Positions 39,359-49,521 of a stretch of DNA of 64,000 bases are shown one piece after another. The position numbers and the translations under genes were made by a program. The DNA is taken from assembly GCA_963737905.1 (NCBI GenBank), contig CAVTUQ010000031.1, forward strand, positions 1-64,000, read 5' to 3'. Position 1 is the stretch's first letter; each line of letters starts with the position of its first letter. The notes under the pieces are model-generated. The model was given only the letters and a program-made list of their open reading frames with translations, was not told the origin of the DNA and searched no databases. Origin of the DNA: an uncultured delta proteobacterium (GTDB taxonomy: Bacteria > Desulfobacterota > Binatia > UBA9968).

Positions 39359-40126
39359 TCAAGTTTCGGCTTCGGACGTGTGCCAGCGCCGGAGCGCCAG
39401 CCAGCTGGTGAGATTGACCAGCGTGAACAACACAATACCCAGAAGCGATGCCAGCAGCAGGCCGGCGAAGACTTTATCGACGCGGTTCTGCTGGCGCGAA
39501 ACCATGATGGCGCCGCCGATGCCGCTGCCGGTGATGAATTCGCCGACGATGGCGCCAATGACCGCAAGGCCCGCGGCGATGCGCATTCCAGTCATCACCT
39601 GAGGCAGCGCAAAGGGCAGGCGCAGCTTCACCAATGTCGCCAGACGCTTCGCGTCGTATAGTTTGAACAGGTCGCGCAAGGCCGGGTCGGTGGACAATAA
39701 ACCGGTCAAGGTATTCGCGATAACCGGGAAAATCGATACGATGAATGCGGACGCGACCACCGTGCGATCCCAGCCGAACCAGATGACCAGCAGTGGCGCG
39801 ATGGCGATGATCGGCACCGTCTGAAAAAACACCGCATACGGATAGAACGCGCGCTGCACCCAGGCCGCCGAAGACAGTGCAATCGCGATCAGGGTGCCGA
39901 TGATTGCGCTCATGCCGAAGCCGATAAGAGATGCGTTCGCGGTATTCAACGTTGCCCGCCAGAGCTCCGGCCAATCACGAAACAGGGAGAGAACCACGCT
40001 CGATGGCGCCGGAACCAGAAATGAGGGTATCCACCTTTGGTTCACGGCGAGTTCCGTAGCCAGGCTCACCACGACGAACGGGACAATGGGCGGAAGCACC
40101 GTGCGCACCAAGTTATGCGCGTTCAT
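39359..40126 (-). CDS. NitT/TauT ABC permease
   Basis: QTVPIIAIAPL, LPFALP, GAIVGEF. Confidence 0.92.
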   Translation of the reverse strand: MNAHNLVRTVLPPIVPFVVVSLATELAVNQRWIPSFLVPAPSSVVLSLFRDWPELWRATLNTANASLIGFGMSAIIGTLIAIALSSAAWVQRAFYPYAVFFQTVPIIAIAPLLVIWFGWDRTVVASAFIVSIFPVIANTLTGLLSTDPALRDLFKLYDAKRLATLVKLRLPFALPQVMTGMRIAAGLAVIGAIVGEFITGSGIGGAIMVSRQQNRVDKVFAGLLLASLLGIVLFTLVNLTSWLALRRWHTSEAET

Positions 40127-40911
40127 GCCTGTCTCCCGTCACCGCGCTCTAAGGCCTCGAACAAAACGCGCATTTGCTGTGAGAACTGCGGCTCGGTACG
40201 GAGCGCGGCAGCGCGCGCTTCGGGCAAATCGAGCCTGTGATCTAAAATCACACGGGCCGGACGGCGCGTGAGCACGACCGCGCGCTGCGCCAGAAACGTC
40301 GCTTCCACGATGGAATGCGTGACAAAGATCACCGTCATTCGCCGTTCAAACCAGAGCTGGTGCAGGTGCTCGTCGAGCTGCTGGCGGGTAATCTCATCAA
40401 GCGCGGCAAAAGGCTCGTCGAGCAGCAATAATAACGGACTGGTGACCAGCGCCCGAGCCAGGGACACGCGCATACGCATCCCTCCGGAAAGCTCGGCGGG
40501 ATAGCGCGTGATCGCGTCCACTAATTCGACCCGCTCGATGGCCTGAGCAGCGGCCGCCAAGCGCTCGGCGCGCGGTACGCCGCTCAACTCGAGCGGTAGC
40601 GCCACGTTGTTCAAAGTGTTGCGCCACGGCAATAGATAGGCATCCTGAAAGACGTAACCGATGTGACGGTGAGCGGTTCCACCGGAACCGGTTTGAATCG
40701 AACCGGAGTCGGGTTTGTCTAGACCGGCGATGATGCGCAGGAGGGTCGATTTACCGCAGCCGGAGGGACCCAAGATTGCGACGAACTCGCCAGGGGTAAT
40801 GCGGAGATCGATGGCGTCGAGGGCAGTGACCGGCCCGGGAAAGACCCGCCGGATCCCGCGCAAATCTACTGAGATGCCTGACAGCGGCGCTGCCGTGGGA
40901 TCAAGCTGCAT
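40123..40911 (-). CDS. NitT/TauT ABC ATP-binding protein
   Basis: GPSGCGKST, LSGGM, LLDEPF, FVTH. Confidence 0.93.
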   Translation of the reverse strand: MQLDPTAAPLSGISVDLRGIRRVFPGPVTALDAIDLRITPGEFVAILGPSGCGKSTLLRIIAGLDKPDSGSIQTGSGGTAHRHIGYVFQDAYLLPWRNTLNNVALPLELSGVPRAERLAAAAQAIERVELVDAITRYPAELSGGMRMRVSLARALVTSPLLLLLDEPFAALDEITRQQLDEHLHQLWFERRMTVIFVTHSIVEATFLAQRAVVLTRRPARVILDHRLDLPEARAAALRTEPQFSQQMRVLFEALERGDGRQA

Positions 40912-41122
40912 AGTTGGAACGTTTGAAGGAGTTTAATTGGCTTGCAGGCAACGGACAGAACCGCGATTTTCCTTAGCGTAAAAGTTCTTTTGAAGAGATA
41001 CTGCAGTGGTCGATTGCCTGTCAAGTTACACTCTAGTGCAAAGTGGTGGGTTAGTGTATACGTTGTACGGCTCTCCAACCACTCTAGAACCAACGGTCGA
41101 GGCAACGCGGAGCGATAACGAG

Positions 41123-42104
41123 ATGAACATTGACTTGCACTCTCATTTTTTTCCCATCGAGGCATTATCCAATCCCGGTAAGTACCAGGATCGCGCGCCC
41201 AAGATCATGCTGGATAATGGAAAGTTGAAGGTCACATCGCAAATAGGAATGAGGGCGGGTCTCGGGGAAGGAGCCTACGATGCGCTGGCGCGGACTCAAA
41301 GCGCTGGACGACATGAGCATCGATCTGCAGGCGATTTCGCCGTCGCCGATCTTGTTATTTTATTGGGAAGAGCCGGCGATAGCGGCACACTTTTCACGCA
41401 AGCAGAACGAGGCGATCCAAGAGATTGTCAAGAAACATCCGGATCGGTTCGTCGGCTTTGGCAGCGTGCCTTTACAGAGCATTCCCGAAGCCGTCGCCAT
41501 TGCCGAAGAGGCAAAGAGTATGGGCCTTAGAGGTTTGGAGATCGGCAATGCCGTTGGAGAGCGGCAGCTCGACGAGCCGATCTTTGAGCCGTTTTTTGAC
41601 GCGGTCCAGGCGCTAGATATGTTGTTATTCGTTCATCCTTTGGAAGGCGGCGTCGACGCCGGCGATCCGATCGCCGGCGTGCTCGGGAACGTATTGCAGT
41701 TTCCGTTTCGGACGACGTTGATGATCGAGCGCATGATTCTCAAAGGAATGTTCGAGAAATACCCGAACCTTCGCCTCTGCCTCTCTCACGGCGGGGGATT
41801 GCTGGCGTTTAATATTTGGCGCCTCGACCACTCATACGATTTACGGCCCCACCTCAAAAAGACTATTCCCCAGAAGCCTTCGGCGTACCTGAAGAAATTT
41901 TACTTCGATTCCATCGTCCATTCCGGCGCGGCTTTACAATACTTGATCCAGGTTGTCGGGGCGGACCGTGTAGTAGTGGGCACGGACTATCCCATGGCGA
42001 TGGGTGATTTCGAGCCCGTCCACAAGATCAATTTGCTGACCCTCACGGATGAAGAGCGGAACCAAGTCCTTGGCGCGAACGCAGCAACAGCCTTGAAACT
42101 TTAG
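41123..42104 (+). CDS. amidohydrolase-2 / ACMSD-like decarboxylase, frameshift near 41294
   Basis: IDLHSH, SPSP, FVHP, SHGGG, GTDYPMAMGD. Confidence 0.82.
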
Positions 42105-42158
42105 GACCAAAAGAATAAGAGAGCTGATCGCGTCAATAGATCGAGGTCTGTCAAGCTG

Positions 42159-42938
42159 ATGGCCCCGCTGCTGTCCATCGAAGGAGTCTGCAAGGAATAC
42201 CAGGTTCGGGGGAGAAGAGTTTTAGCCCTCGATTCGGTGGACCTTAGCGTCGCTGAGGGCGAGTTCGTCACGATTGTTGGCCCCTCCGGATGCGGCAAAT
42301 CGACATTGTTGAATCTCATCGTGGGGCTGCTGCGTTCCAGCTCCGGGCGTATTCTTTTTCACGGCAAAGCGATCGACGGCATATCGACGAAGATCGGTTA
42401 CGTGACGCAAAAAGATAATCTCCTCCCTTGGCGCAGCCTGATCGAAAATGTGGAGATCGCGTTGGAGATCCGAGGCCTGGAGAAAAGTCAACGACGGCAA
42501 CGAGCGGGCGATCTGATTGCGCAGGTCGGACTGCACGGATTCGAAGACCATTATCCCCACGAGCTTTCCGGAGGGATGCGCCAGCGGGCTAACATCATTC
42601 GCACATTGATCTACGATCCTGAGCTGATCCTCATGGACGAGCCGTTCGGCCCTCTCGACGCCCAGACCCGAGTTGTGCTGCAGGAGCAGTTGCTCGCTCT
42701 TTGGTCCAGCACGAAAAAAACGATCGTCTTTATCACTCACGACCTCGTGGAAGCGATTTCCCTGGCTGATCGTGTCGTGCTGATGACTTCCAGACCGGGA
42801 AAAATCAAGTCCATTGCAGAGGTCGGTATTCCCAGGCCGAGAAATGTGTATCAAATTCATGAACACCAGGAGTTCCGCGCAGTCTATGAGAATTTGTGGC
42901 GAGAGCTGCGCCCGGAAGTCAAAATGGCGGAAGTCTAA
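42159..42938 (+). CDS. NitT/TauT ABC ATP-binding protein
   Basis: GPSGCGKST, LSGGMRQR, MDEPF. Confidence 0.93.
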   Translation: MAPLLSIEGVCKEYQVRGRRVLALDSVDLSVAEGEFVTIVGPSGCGKSTLLNLIVGLLRSSSGRILFHGKAIDGISTKIGYVTQKDNLLPWRSLIENVEIALEIRGLEKSQRRQRAGDLIAQVGLHGFEDHYPHELSGGMRQRANIIRTLIYDPELILMDEPFGPLDAQTRVVLQEQLLALWSSTKKTIVFITHDLVEAISLADRVVLMTSRPGKIKSIAEVGIPRPRNVYQIHEHQEFRAVYENLWRELRPEVKMAEV

Positions 42939-42962
42939 AAGAAATAAAGAAAGGAAAATTGT

Positions 42963-43976
42963 ATGAAACATCTCATCTGCATCATCTATGGGCTGGTTTC
43001 TTTTCTCGTGTTCTTTCCCGCGGACCTTCGCGGCCAGACCCCCAGGAAAGTCAAGTTGACTATTCCGGTCGTAGCACTTTCAATGACGCCGGTGTATCTG
43101 GCTCAAACAAAAGGTTTCTTTGCGGAAGAAGGGTTGGATGTGGATGTGACGTCCACGGGTGGAGGCGGTCCCGACATCAGAGCCCTGATAGCCGGGGAGG
43201 TGGATTTCAGCTTTACCACCGGAGACAATGTGATTCTGGCCTATCAGGAGGGCAAACCCCTCGTCATGGTCGCGAGCGCTCTCAACAGACTGTTCATCAA
43301 TTGGGCGATTCACAAAGAGTCGGCAAAAGCCAAGGGAATCACCGAGACCAGCCCGCTCGAGCAAAAGCTTAAATCGCTCAAGGGACTCACGGTGGGGGTC
43401 ACGAACCCAGCGGCTCTGACGGCACATTTGGCCCATTTTGTGATCCGCAAGGCGGGGTATACCCCCCAGCAAGACGTGCAGATCATTCCTGTCGGCGCCG
43501 GACCGACCTGGCTCGCCGCCCTCGAAAACCGCAAAGTCGATGTGGCATTGACGGCTCCTCCAGTCCCCGAGACCGCAATCAATCGAGGGTTCGCCATGAT
43601 GTTCATAGAAAACACTAAAGGCGAAGATCCTTCGATCTCCGAATTTCTCATGGAGAATCTCATTGCGCGTCCGGAGACACTAAAAAAAGATCCGGATCTG
43701 GTGCGCAGAATGGTACGGGCCTTAACTAAGGCCAACAAGTGGGCGCTTAGCAGTACCCCGGAACAGGTCGCGGATGCCCTCAGACCGACCTTCGCGAAGA
43801 CAGATCCAGCGATTCACCTGGTCGGGGTGAGAGCGGTCCTCCCGACGTTAAGCAAGGACGGCCGAACCACCGAGAAAAGCGTTCAAGCAACCCAAGACGT
43901 CCTCGAGCAAGCGGGACTGCTCAAAAAACGAGTGGCTTACGGCGACGTCGTCAGCAACGAATTTTTACCGAAATGA
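42963..43976 (+). CDS. NitT/TauT ABC substrate-binding protein
   Basis: Signal peptide, GFFAEEGLDV, LKGLTVGV; operonic with ATPase and permease. Confidence 0.9.
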   Translation: MKHLICIIYGLVSFLVFFPADLRGQTPRKVKLTIPVVALSMTPVYLAQTKGFFAEEGLDVDVTSTGGGGPDIRALIAGEVDFSFTTGDNVILAYQEGKPLVMVASALNRLFINWAIHKESAKAKGITETSPLEQKLKSLKGLTVGVTNPAALTAHLAHFVIRKAGYTPQQDVQIIPVGAGPTWLAALENRKVDVALTAPPVPETAINRGFAMMFIENTKGEDPSISEFLMENLIARPETLKKDPDLVRRMVRALTKANKWALSSTPEQVADALRPTFAKTDPAIHLVGVRAVLPTLSKDGRTTEKSVQATQDVLEQAGLLKKRVAYGDVVSNEFLPK

Positions 43977-44758
43977 TTTCGCGCGGTCGATTATTTCTTT
44001 ATCGGCTGCTCTTCGGTCTCGTGCTTCTGGCTTTGTGGGAGCTGAGCTCGGGAAGATGGATCGATCCCTTTTGGGTGTCGAGCCCGTCGCGAGTTTTCGG
44101 CTATCTCTACGAGGTGATTGCCGACGGCTCGATATTCGGTCACGTCGCGATCACGTTGTATGAAACCTTTACCGGGTTTTTTATTGGAGCCATCTGCGGC
44201 ATCGGTTTAGGCTTTCTGCTCGGCCAGCGGGAGACGCTGGCTCAAATTATTGATCCTTACATCGTTGCGTTTAACGGCATTCCGCGCATTGCCCTGGCGC
44301 CTTTGTTTATTATCTGGTTCGGCATTGGTTCGACTTCAAAGGTCGTGCTCGTCGTAATCGTGGTGTTCTTTCTCACTTTTTTCAATACGTACGCCGGGAT
44401 CAAAGGCGTGGATGCGGAGCTCAAGAACATACTGCGTATCATGGGAGCGACGGAACGGCAAATTTTGATGAAAGTCACGATTCCGGCGATCGTTCCGTGG
44501 ATCACCACGGGATTAAAGATCAGCGTTCCCTACGCCATCGTGGGCGCAGTCGTGGGAGAATTCATCGCCGCCAGCAAAGGATTGGGTTATCTGATTAACT
44601 ACCAAACGTCGCTCTTTTCCACCACGGGCGCCTTGGGCGGCATTCTGGTTCTGGCTCTGGTCGTTGTGGTGTGCAACGAAGCGATCAACCGGGCGGAAGC
44701 TTATTTGCTCCGCTGGCGCCCGAAAGAAGAGAGAAAAAGCGAGGGCGAATTGTTTTAG
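43973..44758 (+). CDS. NitT/TauT ABC permease
   Basis: IPRIALAPLF, GAVVGEF..GLGY. Confidence 0.92.
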   Translation: MISRGRLFLYRLLFGLVLLALWELSSGRWIDPFWVSSPSRVFGYLYEVIADGSIFGHVAITLYETFTGFFIGAICGIGLGFLLGQRETLAQIIDPYIVAFNGIPRIALAPLFIIWFGIGSTSKVVLVVIVVFFLTFFNTYAGIKGVDAELKNILRIMGATERQILMKVTIPAIVPWITTGLKISVPYAIVGAVVGEFIAASKGLGYLINYQTSLFSTTGALGGILVLALVVVVCNEAINRAEAYLLRWRPKEERKSEGELF

Positions 44759-44769
44759 CGGGTAAACCG

Positions 44770-45264
44770 ATGGCCAAGAAAGAAAGCGCCGGTATCCTAA
44801 TGTATCGATTCCGTAATTCGATACTGGAGGTTTTTCTCGTGCATCCGGGCGGTCCCTACTGGGCGAAAAAGGACTTGGGATCGTGGTCTATACCCAAGGG
44901 CGAATTTGAACAGGGTGAAGATCGTCTCAACGCGGCGAAGCGGGAGTTTCAGGAGGAAACAGGATTTCTCCCGGAGGGGAATTTTGTTGCTCTTGTCCCG
45001 ATCAAACAGGCGGGCGGAAAAGTCGTCTACGCGTGGGCGGTTAAAGGCGACGGCGATGCGAAAACGATCGTGAGCAACACGTTCTCGATGGAGTGGCCGC
45101 CGCGCTCCGGTAAGCGTCAGGAGTTTCCCGAAATAGATCGCGCTGAATGGTTCACGCTGGCAGCGGCGAAGGAAAGGATTTTGAAAGGTCAGGCAGGTTT
45201 GCTCGAAGAACTGTGTGAAATAGTTGAAAAGGATTTCAATGCGGAAAACAAGCAAGCCTGGTAG
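44770..45264 (+). CDS. NUDIX hydrolase
   Basis: SAGILMYR, HPGGP, PKGE..AAKREFQEETG Nudix box. Confidence 0.9.
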   Translation: MAKKESAGILMYRFRNSILEVFLVHPGGPYWAKKDLGSWSIPKGEFEQGEDRLNAAKREFQEETGFLPEGNFVALVPIKQAGGKVVYAWAVKGDGDAKTIVSNTFSMEWPPRSGKRQEFPEIDRAEWFTLAAAKERILKGQAGLLEELCEIVEKDFNAENKQAW

Positions 45265-45331
45265 GCGTAATTTCCTCCCTGACGGCCGAGGATTAAGGTC
45301 TGGATGAAAAACGGATACCCATGACACCTCT

Positions 45332-46168
45332 TTACTTCCCAGCCCGGGTCGCGCTCCAGTTGCCGTTACTTCCGCCTTTGATGGTTCCCTCCATGGAATT
45401 GCCGCTCACCCGCCCGGCGTATTGCGTCTCCCCCGCAGTGAATGTGATTTGATCACCATTGAGCCTGCCGTTGACCGGTGTGATGACATTACCGTCCTTA
45501 ATGGTTCCCGAAACCATCTGGAAAGTCTGTTTGAGGTTTAGCTCTCCTTGCGGCAGTTTCCACGTGCCCCCGACTTTTGCCGGCACGATCCAAAGATGCG
45601 CCGTGCACCAATGGTCACAGCCGCTGACTGTGGCGTCCTCGTCGGGTTTCCAGTCTTCCATATCGAAAGAATTCGATACGATGCGTGTGCCGGGCTTGAG
45701 ATCGAGAATCTTCGGGCGCAGCTTGATATTGATGCTCGGCAGCAGAAACATCGTAATCACTGTGGCCTGGGAAAAGTCGGTTTCGAACAGATCGGCTTTC
45801 GTGAAAGTGGCTTTGTCACCAACGCCTTCCTTGGCGGCGTTCCGTTTGGAAAGCTCCACCATGTCCGGGTTGTATTCGATACCGAGCGCCTTGGTGCCTC
45901 GCTTCGCCGCGGTGATGACCGTGCGACCATCCCCGGAGCCGAGATCGATCACATAATCTTTCGGCGTGACTTTGGCCATGTCGAGCATTTTGTCCACGAG
46001 CGCTTGCGGGGTCGGGACCCACACCACATCTTTACCCTCCTGGCCGACTGACGGCTGGTATTCCTTCGCCGGCTGCGCCTGGGCAAGGCCATGACCAAGA
46101 AGCGGAGTGAGACATAACGCCCAAAACAATTGGCGCAAAAAACGAGATTCATTATTCATATTAAACAT
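45332..46168 (-). CDS. class I SAM-dependent methyltransferase with signal peptide (paralog of 11828-12649)
   Basis: Same motifs as 11828-12649; GGGAGGAG RBS before ATG at 46168. Confidence 0.85.
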   Translation of the reverse strand: MFNMNNESRFLRQLFWALCLTPLLGHGLAQAQPAKEYQPSVGQEGKDVVWVPTPQALVDKMLDMAKVTPKDYVIDLGSGDGRTVITAAKRGTKALGIEYNPDMVELSKRNAAKEGVGDKATFTKADLFETDFSQATVITMFLLPSINIKLRPKILDLKPGTRIVSNSFDMEDWKPDEDATVSGCDHWCTAHLWIVPAKVGGTWKLPQGELNLKQTFQMVSGTIKDGNVITPVNGRLNGDQITFTAGETQYAGRVSGNSMEGTIKGGSNGNWSATRAGK

Positions 46169-46474
46169 CTGTCTCCTCCCAATGTTTGCCAAGGAATTTA
46201 CTCCATATCCCAAGGCCAAGAAAATGTCCAGAAACGGACTTCCTTGAGGAAAAGTAAATGTCAAAGGGTTACAGCTCAGTCATGCGATCTCATGGCGGAA
46301 GAGGCCGACAGTTAAGGAAGCCCTATCACGAACCCGGAAGACGTGATCGATCACAGCATTTGCAGGAATCCGGAGACACGATGACGGATCCCTTTAAAGA
46401 TGTTTGGCAGGCGACAATTCGCATGGTCAAGCAATGATTGAGGACGACGGGACCGGGCCCAAGATTCCAGGTAA

Positions 46475-47551
46475 TTAAGGCGCGTTAACAAGCCCCTCAT
46501 CAACCAGGTAACGTTTAATTGCCTCAGCGACGGTGAGATGACCTGCGGGTTCCCAGTGTCCTCCCGATTTGAAGGTTTTTCCTTTGGCTATTTCCTCAGC
46601 AAAGTATGGCCTAGTAGAAAAGCACTTGGCTCGTTCGTTTAACTGGCACACCGAGAACATGTATTTCTCATCTTGCGTCACGGCGACGTCCAGGGCGATT
46701 TCTCGCCCGCGTGGAAGATAGGCGAGTATTGGAATTGCGTGGATACTCTCCACCGACCGTATTAGCTCCATCAATATGGCAGTCGTAATCGCTTCCATCT
46801 CTCGCTGTTGGAGCCCTGAAAATTTTTCGACTGAATGACGGATAAGTGAAAATAGATCTATTATCCTGGGTCTGGTCCAATCCCATTGCAGGATGTCCTC
46901 AGGACGTGGAACCGGGTTGCCTGTGAGTCTAAGCTCCCCTCCTTCTAGAACGAAACGCGGTTTCGCAAAGTCTCTGAATTTGAGTATATTTCTAGACATG
47001 TCTAAAGCAAGGAAACCCAAGATGACGATGTCCGGCTGGTATTTGACTCCTTCTTCCTTAAGAAGAATCAGCATTTGATCATGACCATAACCGTGCACAC
47101 CCATGTTGATGACTTCGGTATGAGGGAGCATTTCTTGGAGATAGTAAGAATAGGTCTCATCATCGCTTACTTCATCCCCGAAAGTAAATGAGTCTCCCAG
47201 TATCAATATTCGTAACTTTTCTTTGCTCTTAGTATACGGAAAGTCCTTCTTACCTCTAAAACCTTTAGAGTTGGTACTCAAAATCTTGTTGTCGAATGCC
47301 TTCACATCTCTAAGATTTGGCTTTGGTCTCCATCCTTTGGAGGAATTGTACATGTCAAATGCATAATACGCTTCCATTCCGTACTTTTGATGTTCCTGAA
47401 CCCAATTGCGACGGTAGGTGTACTCCTCGTTCGCCTGTAGATGCTTAGCCACTTGAGGTATCGAAAGAGCCAGCCTTGCAGATCCCTCAAACAGAACGGC
47501 TAAGAAAACCAGATATGTAAAAACGAAAATAAATCTGTTTTTCCTGCTCAT
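46475..47551 (-). CDS. membrane-anchored SGNH/GDSL hydrolase
   Basis: NSKGFRG, LGDSFTFG, NMGVHGYG, GHW. Confidence 0.85.
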   Translation of the reverse strand: MSRKNRFIFVFTYLVFLAVLFEGSARLALSIPQVAKHLQANEEYTYRRNWVQEHQKYGMEAYYAFDMYNSSKGWRPKPNLRDVKAFDNKILSTNSKGFRGKKDFPYTKSKEKLRILILGDSFTFGDEVSDDETYSYYLQEMLPHTEVINMGVHGYGHDQMLILLKEEGVKYQPDIVILGFLALDMSRNILKFRDFAKPRFVLEGGELRLTGNPVPRPEDILQWDWTRPRIIDLFSLIRHSVEKFSGLQQREMEAITTAILMELIRSVESIHAIPILAYLPRGREIALDVAVTQDEKYMFSVCQLNERAKCFSTRPYFAEEIAKGKTFKSGGHWEPAGHLTVAEAIKRYLVDEGLVNAP

Positions 47552-47676
47552 TGTGCGTCAATTGCAATAAGGGATGTGTTTGCCGTGGTTGAATGATTCG
47601 CCCTACGCATCCGTCGGGAATTACCACATTCTGCGAGTCAGTATCAATCTCAGGATTCTGAAAAGCAGTACGAACG

Positions 47677-47706
47677 TTGACAGCGGCCATAAACAGGCGT
47701 TATGAC
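47677..47706 (+). promoter_or_regulatory. sigma70 promoter
   Basis: TTGACA-18-TATGAC. Confidence 0.4.
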
Positions 47707-47740
47707 GTACCGAGAAATTCGAAGTCACGGGAGGCAGCCA

Positions 47741-49396
47741 ATGCTTGGAGGTCATGCAGTCGCTCAGTGTCTACGCAATGAAGGGGTAAAACACGTCTTT
47801 AGCGTGCCTGGCGAAAGCTACATCGCGGTCGTGGATGGACTGGTAGACTTTCCGGAAATCAAACTTATTACCAACCGTCAAGAAGGCTGTGCCGCATTCA
47901 TGGCGGAGGGGTACGCCAAGGCCACACGCAGACCCGGCGTCTGCATCGTCACCCGTGGTCCCGGCGCTACCAATGCGAGCATCGCCGTTCATAGCGCCAA
48001 GTACGATTCGGTACCGATGGTGCTGCTAGTCGGACAGGTCAGCCGCGGAGCGCGCGGGCGGGAAGCAGGCCAGGAGATGGATTATGGTCAATTTTTCGGC
48101 AGCATCGCCAAGTGGGTTATCGAGATCAACGATCCTAAGCAGATTCCGCGGATTGTGAGCCGCGCATTTCACATCGCGCGCACGGGCCGTCCCGGACCGG
48201 TGGTTGTGTCACTGCCGCGCGATGTGATCGAACAGAACGCCGAAATATCGATGATCGAGCCGTATCCTGAAGTAAAGCCCAATCCCGATCCGGCGGCAAT
48301 TGATACTTTGATCGGGCGCATCAACGCGGCGCGCAAGCCCGTGCTCCTGATCGGGTCAGGGACACAATATACTCGGGCATGGGAAGAGGTGATCGCCTTT
48401 GCCGAGAGATTTCAGCTCCCGGTGCTTACTTCCTATAAACGGCAAGATGCCTTTCCGAATAATCATCCCAACTACGCCGGCAATCTTTTAACATCGAACA
48501 AAGAGGCACAAAGGCTTGCCTACGATGAAAGTGACCTATTGATTGTCCTCGGTTGCAGGCTCAACCAGCAGACGACGGGCGCCTTTACCTTCCCGCGACC
48601 GGGACGGCCGTTTGTGCAGATCGACGCGGACGAGGAGAACATCGGCCAAAACGCGCGCCCGGAAGTGGGCATCGTCGCCGACGCCAAACAGACGTTGCTC
48701 GCGGCGCTGAAGCATCCAGGACCGCGGCCCAACGAGAATCGCGCTGCGTGGATTGCCGAGCAACACGCTAAACAAAAACATTTCTGCACACCCAAGGATC
48801 GTCCCACACCCAAAGTCTCCATGGAACGGATCATGAAGGACATAAAATCGGCCATGCCCGCCGATGCGATCACGACGACCGATGCCGGCAGCTTTGGCCA
48901 ATGGCCGCAGCGCTACATCGAGTTTGATTATCCGGACTCTTACATTTCACCGACCCTGGGATGCATGGGTCCCGGCGTGCCTTCCGCAGTGGCCGCCAAG
49001 TTGGCGCATCCGGGTCGCACAGTCATCGCCCACGTGGGCGACGGCGGGTTCCTCATGACCGGGCAAGAAATGGCCACGGCCAAGCAATACGGCGCGAACA
49101 TAATTACGATTGTGTACAACAATGAGGGTTACAATTCGATTCGGATGCATCAGGAAGCCCAGTACCCCGGCCGTCAATACGGGGTCGGCCTAGAGAATCC
49201 CGACTTCGCCATCATGGGCGAATCCTACGGCGCGCTGGGTTTGAAAGTCACGCGCGACGAGGAATTCTTGCCGGCTTTTAGAAAAGCGCTGGCTGCCGAT
49301 CGCTCGGCGTTGATCGAAGTGCAAACGGACTACGAATACGTGACGCCCTCGGCAACGCTGTCCGAGCTGGCAGGAAAGAAACTGGCGGGGGATTAG
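47741..49396 (+). CDS. ThDP-dependent enzyme (acetolactate synthase large subunit-like)
   Basis: VPGES, RQE, TRGPGATN, GDGGFLM..NN; GGAGG RBS before 47741. Confidence 0.9.
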   Translation: MLGGHAVAQCLRNEGVKHVFSVPGESYIAVVDGLVDFPEIKLITNRQEGCAAFMAEGYAKATRRPGVCIVTRGPGATNASIAVHSAKYDSVPMVLLVGQVSRGARGREAGQEMDYGQFFGSIAKWVIEINDPKQIPRIVSRAFHIARTGRPGPVVVSLPRDVIEQNAEISMIEPYPEVKPNPDPAAIDTLIGRINAARKPVLLIGSGTQYTRAWEEVIAFAERFQLPVLTSYKRQDAFPNNHPNYAGNLLTSNKEAQRLAYDESDLLIVLGCRLNQQTTGAFTFPRPGRPFVQIDADEENIGQNARPEVGIVADAKQTLLAALKHPGPRPNENRAAWIAEQHAKQKHFCTPKDRPTPKVSMERIMKDIKSAMPADAITTTDAGSFGQWPQRYIEFDYPDSYISPTLGCMGPGVPSAVAAKLAHPGRTVIAHVGDGGFLMTGQEMATAKQYGANIITIVYNNEGYNSIRMHQEAQYPGRQYGVGLENPDFAIMGESYGALGLKVTRDEEFLPAFRKALAADRSALIEVQTDYEYVTPSATLSELAGKKLAGD

Positions 49397-49521
49397 AGAC
49401 AGCCAACACTGAAGGGTCAAACGCGAGTGTTCTGTTAGCAACAAGAAAAATTTTGCCGAGACTAACACCGACAATAATTTCTCCCCTTTGAAGAAATTCT
49501 ACGAGAAAGGAGACCGGTGTC

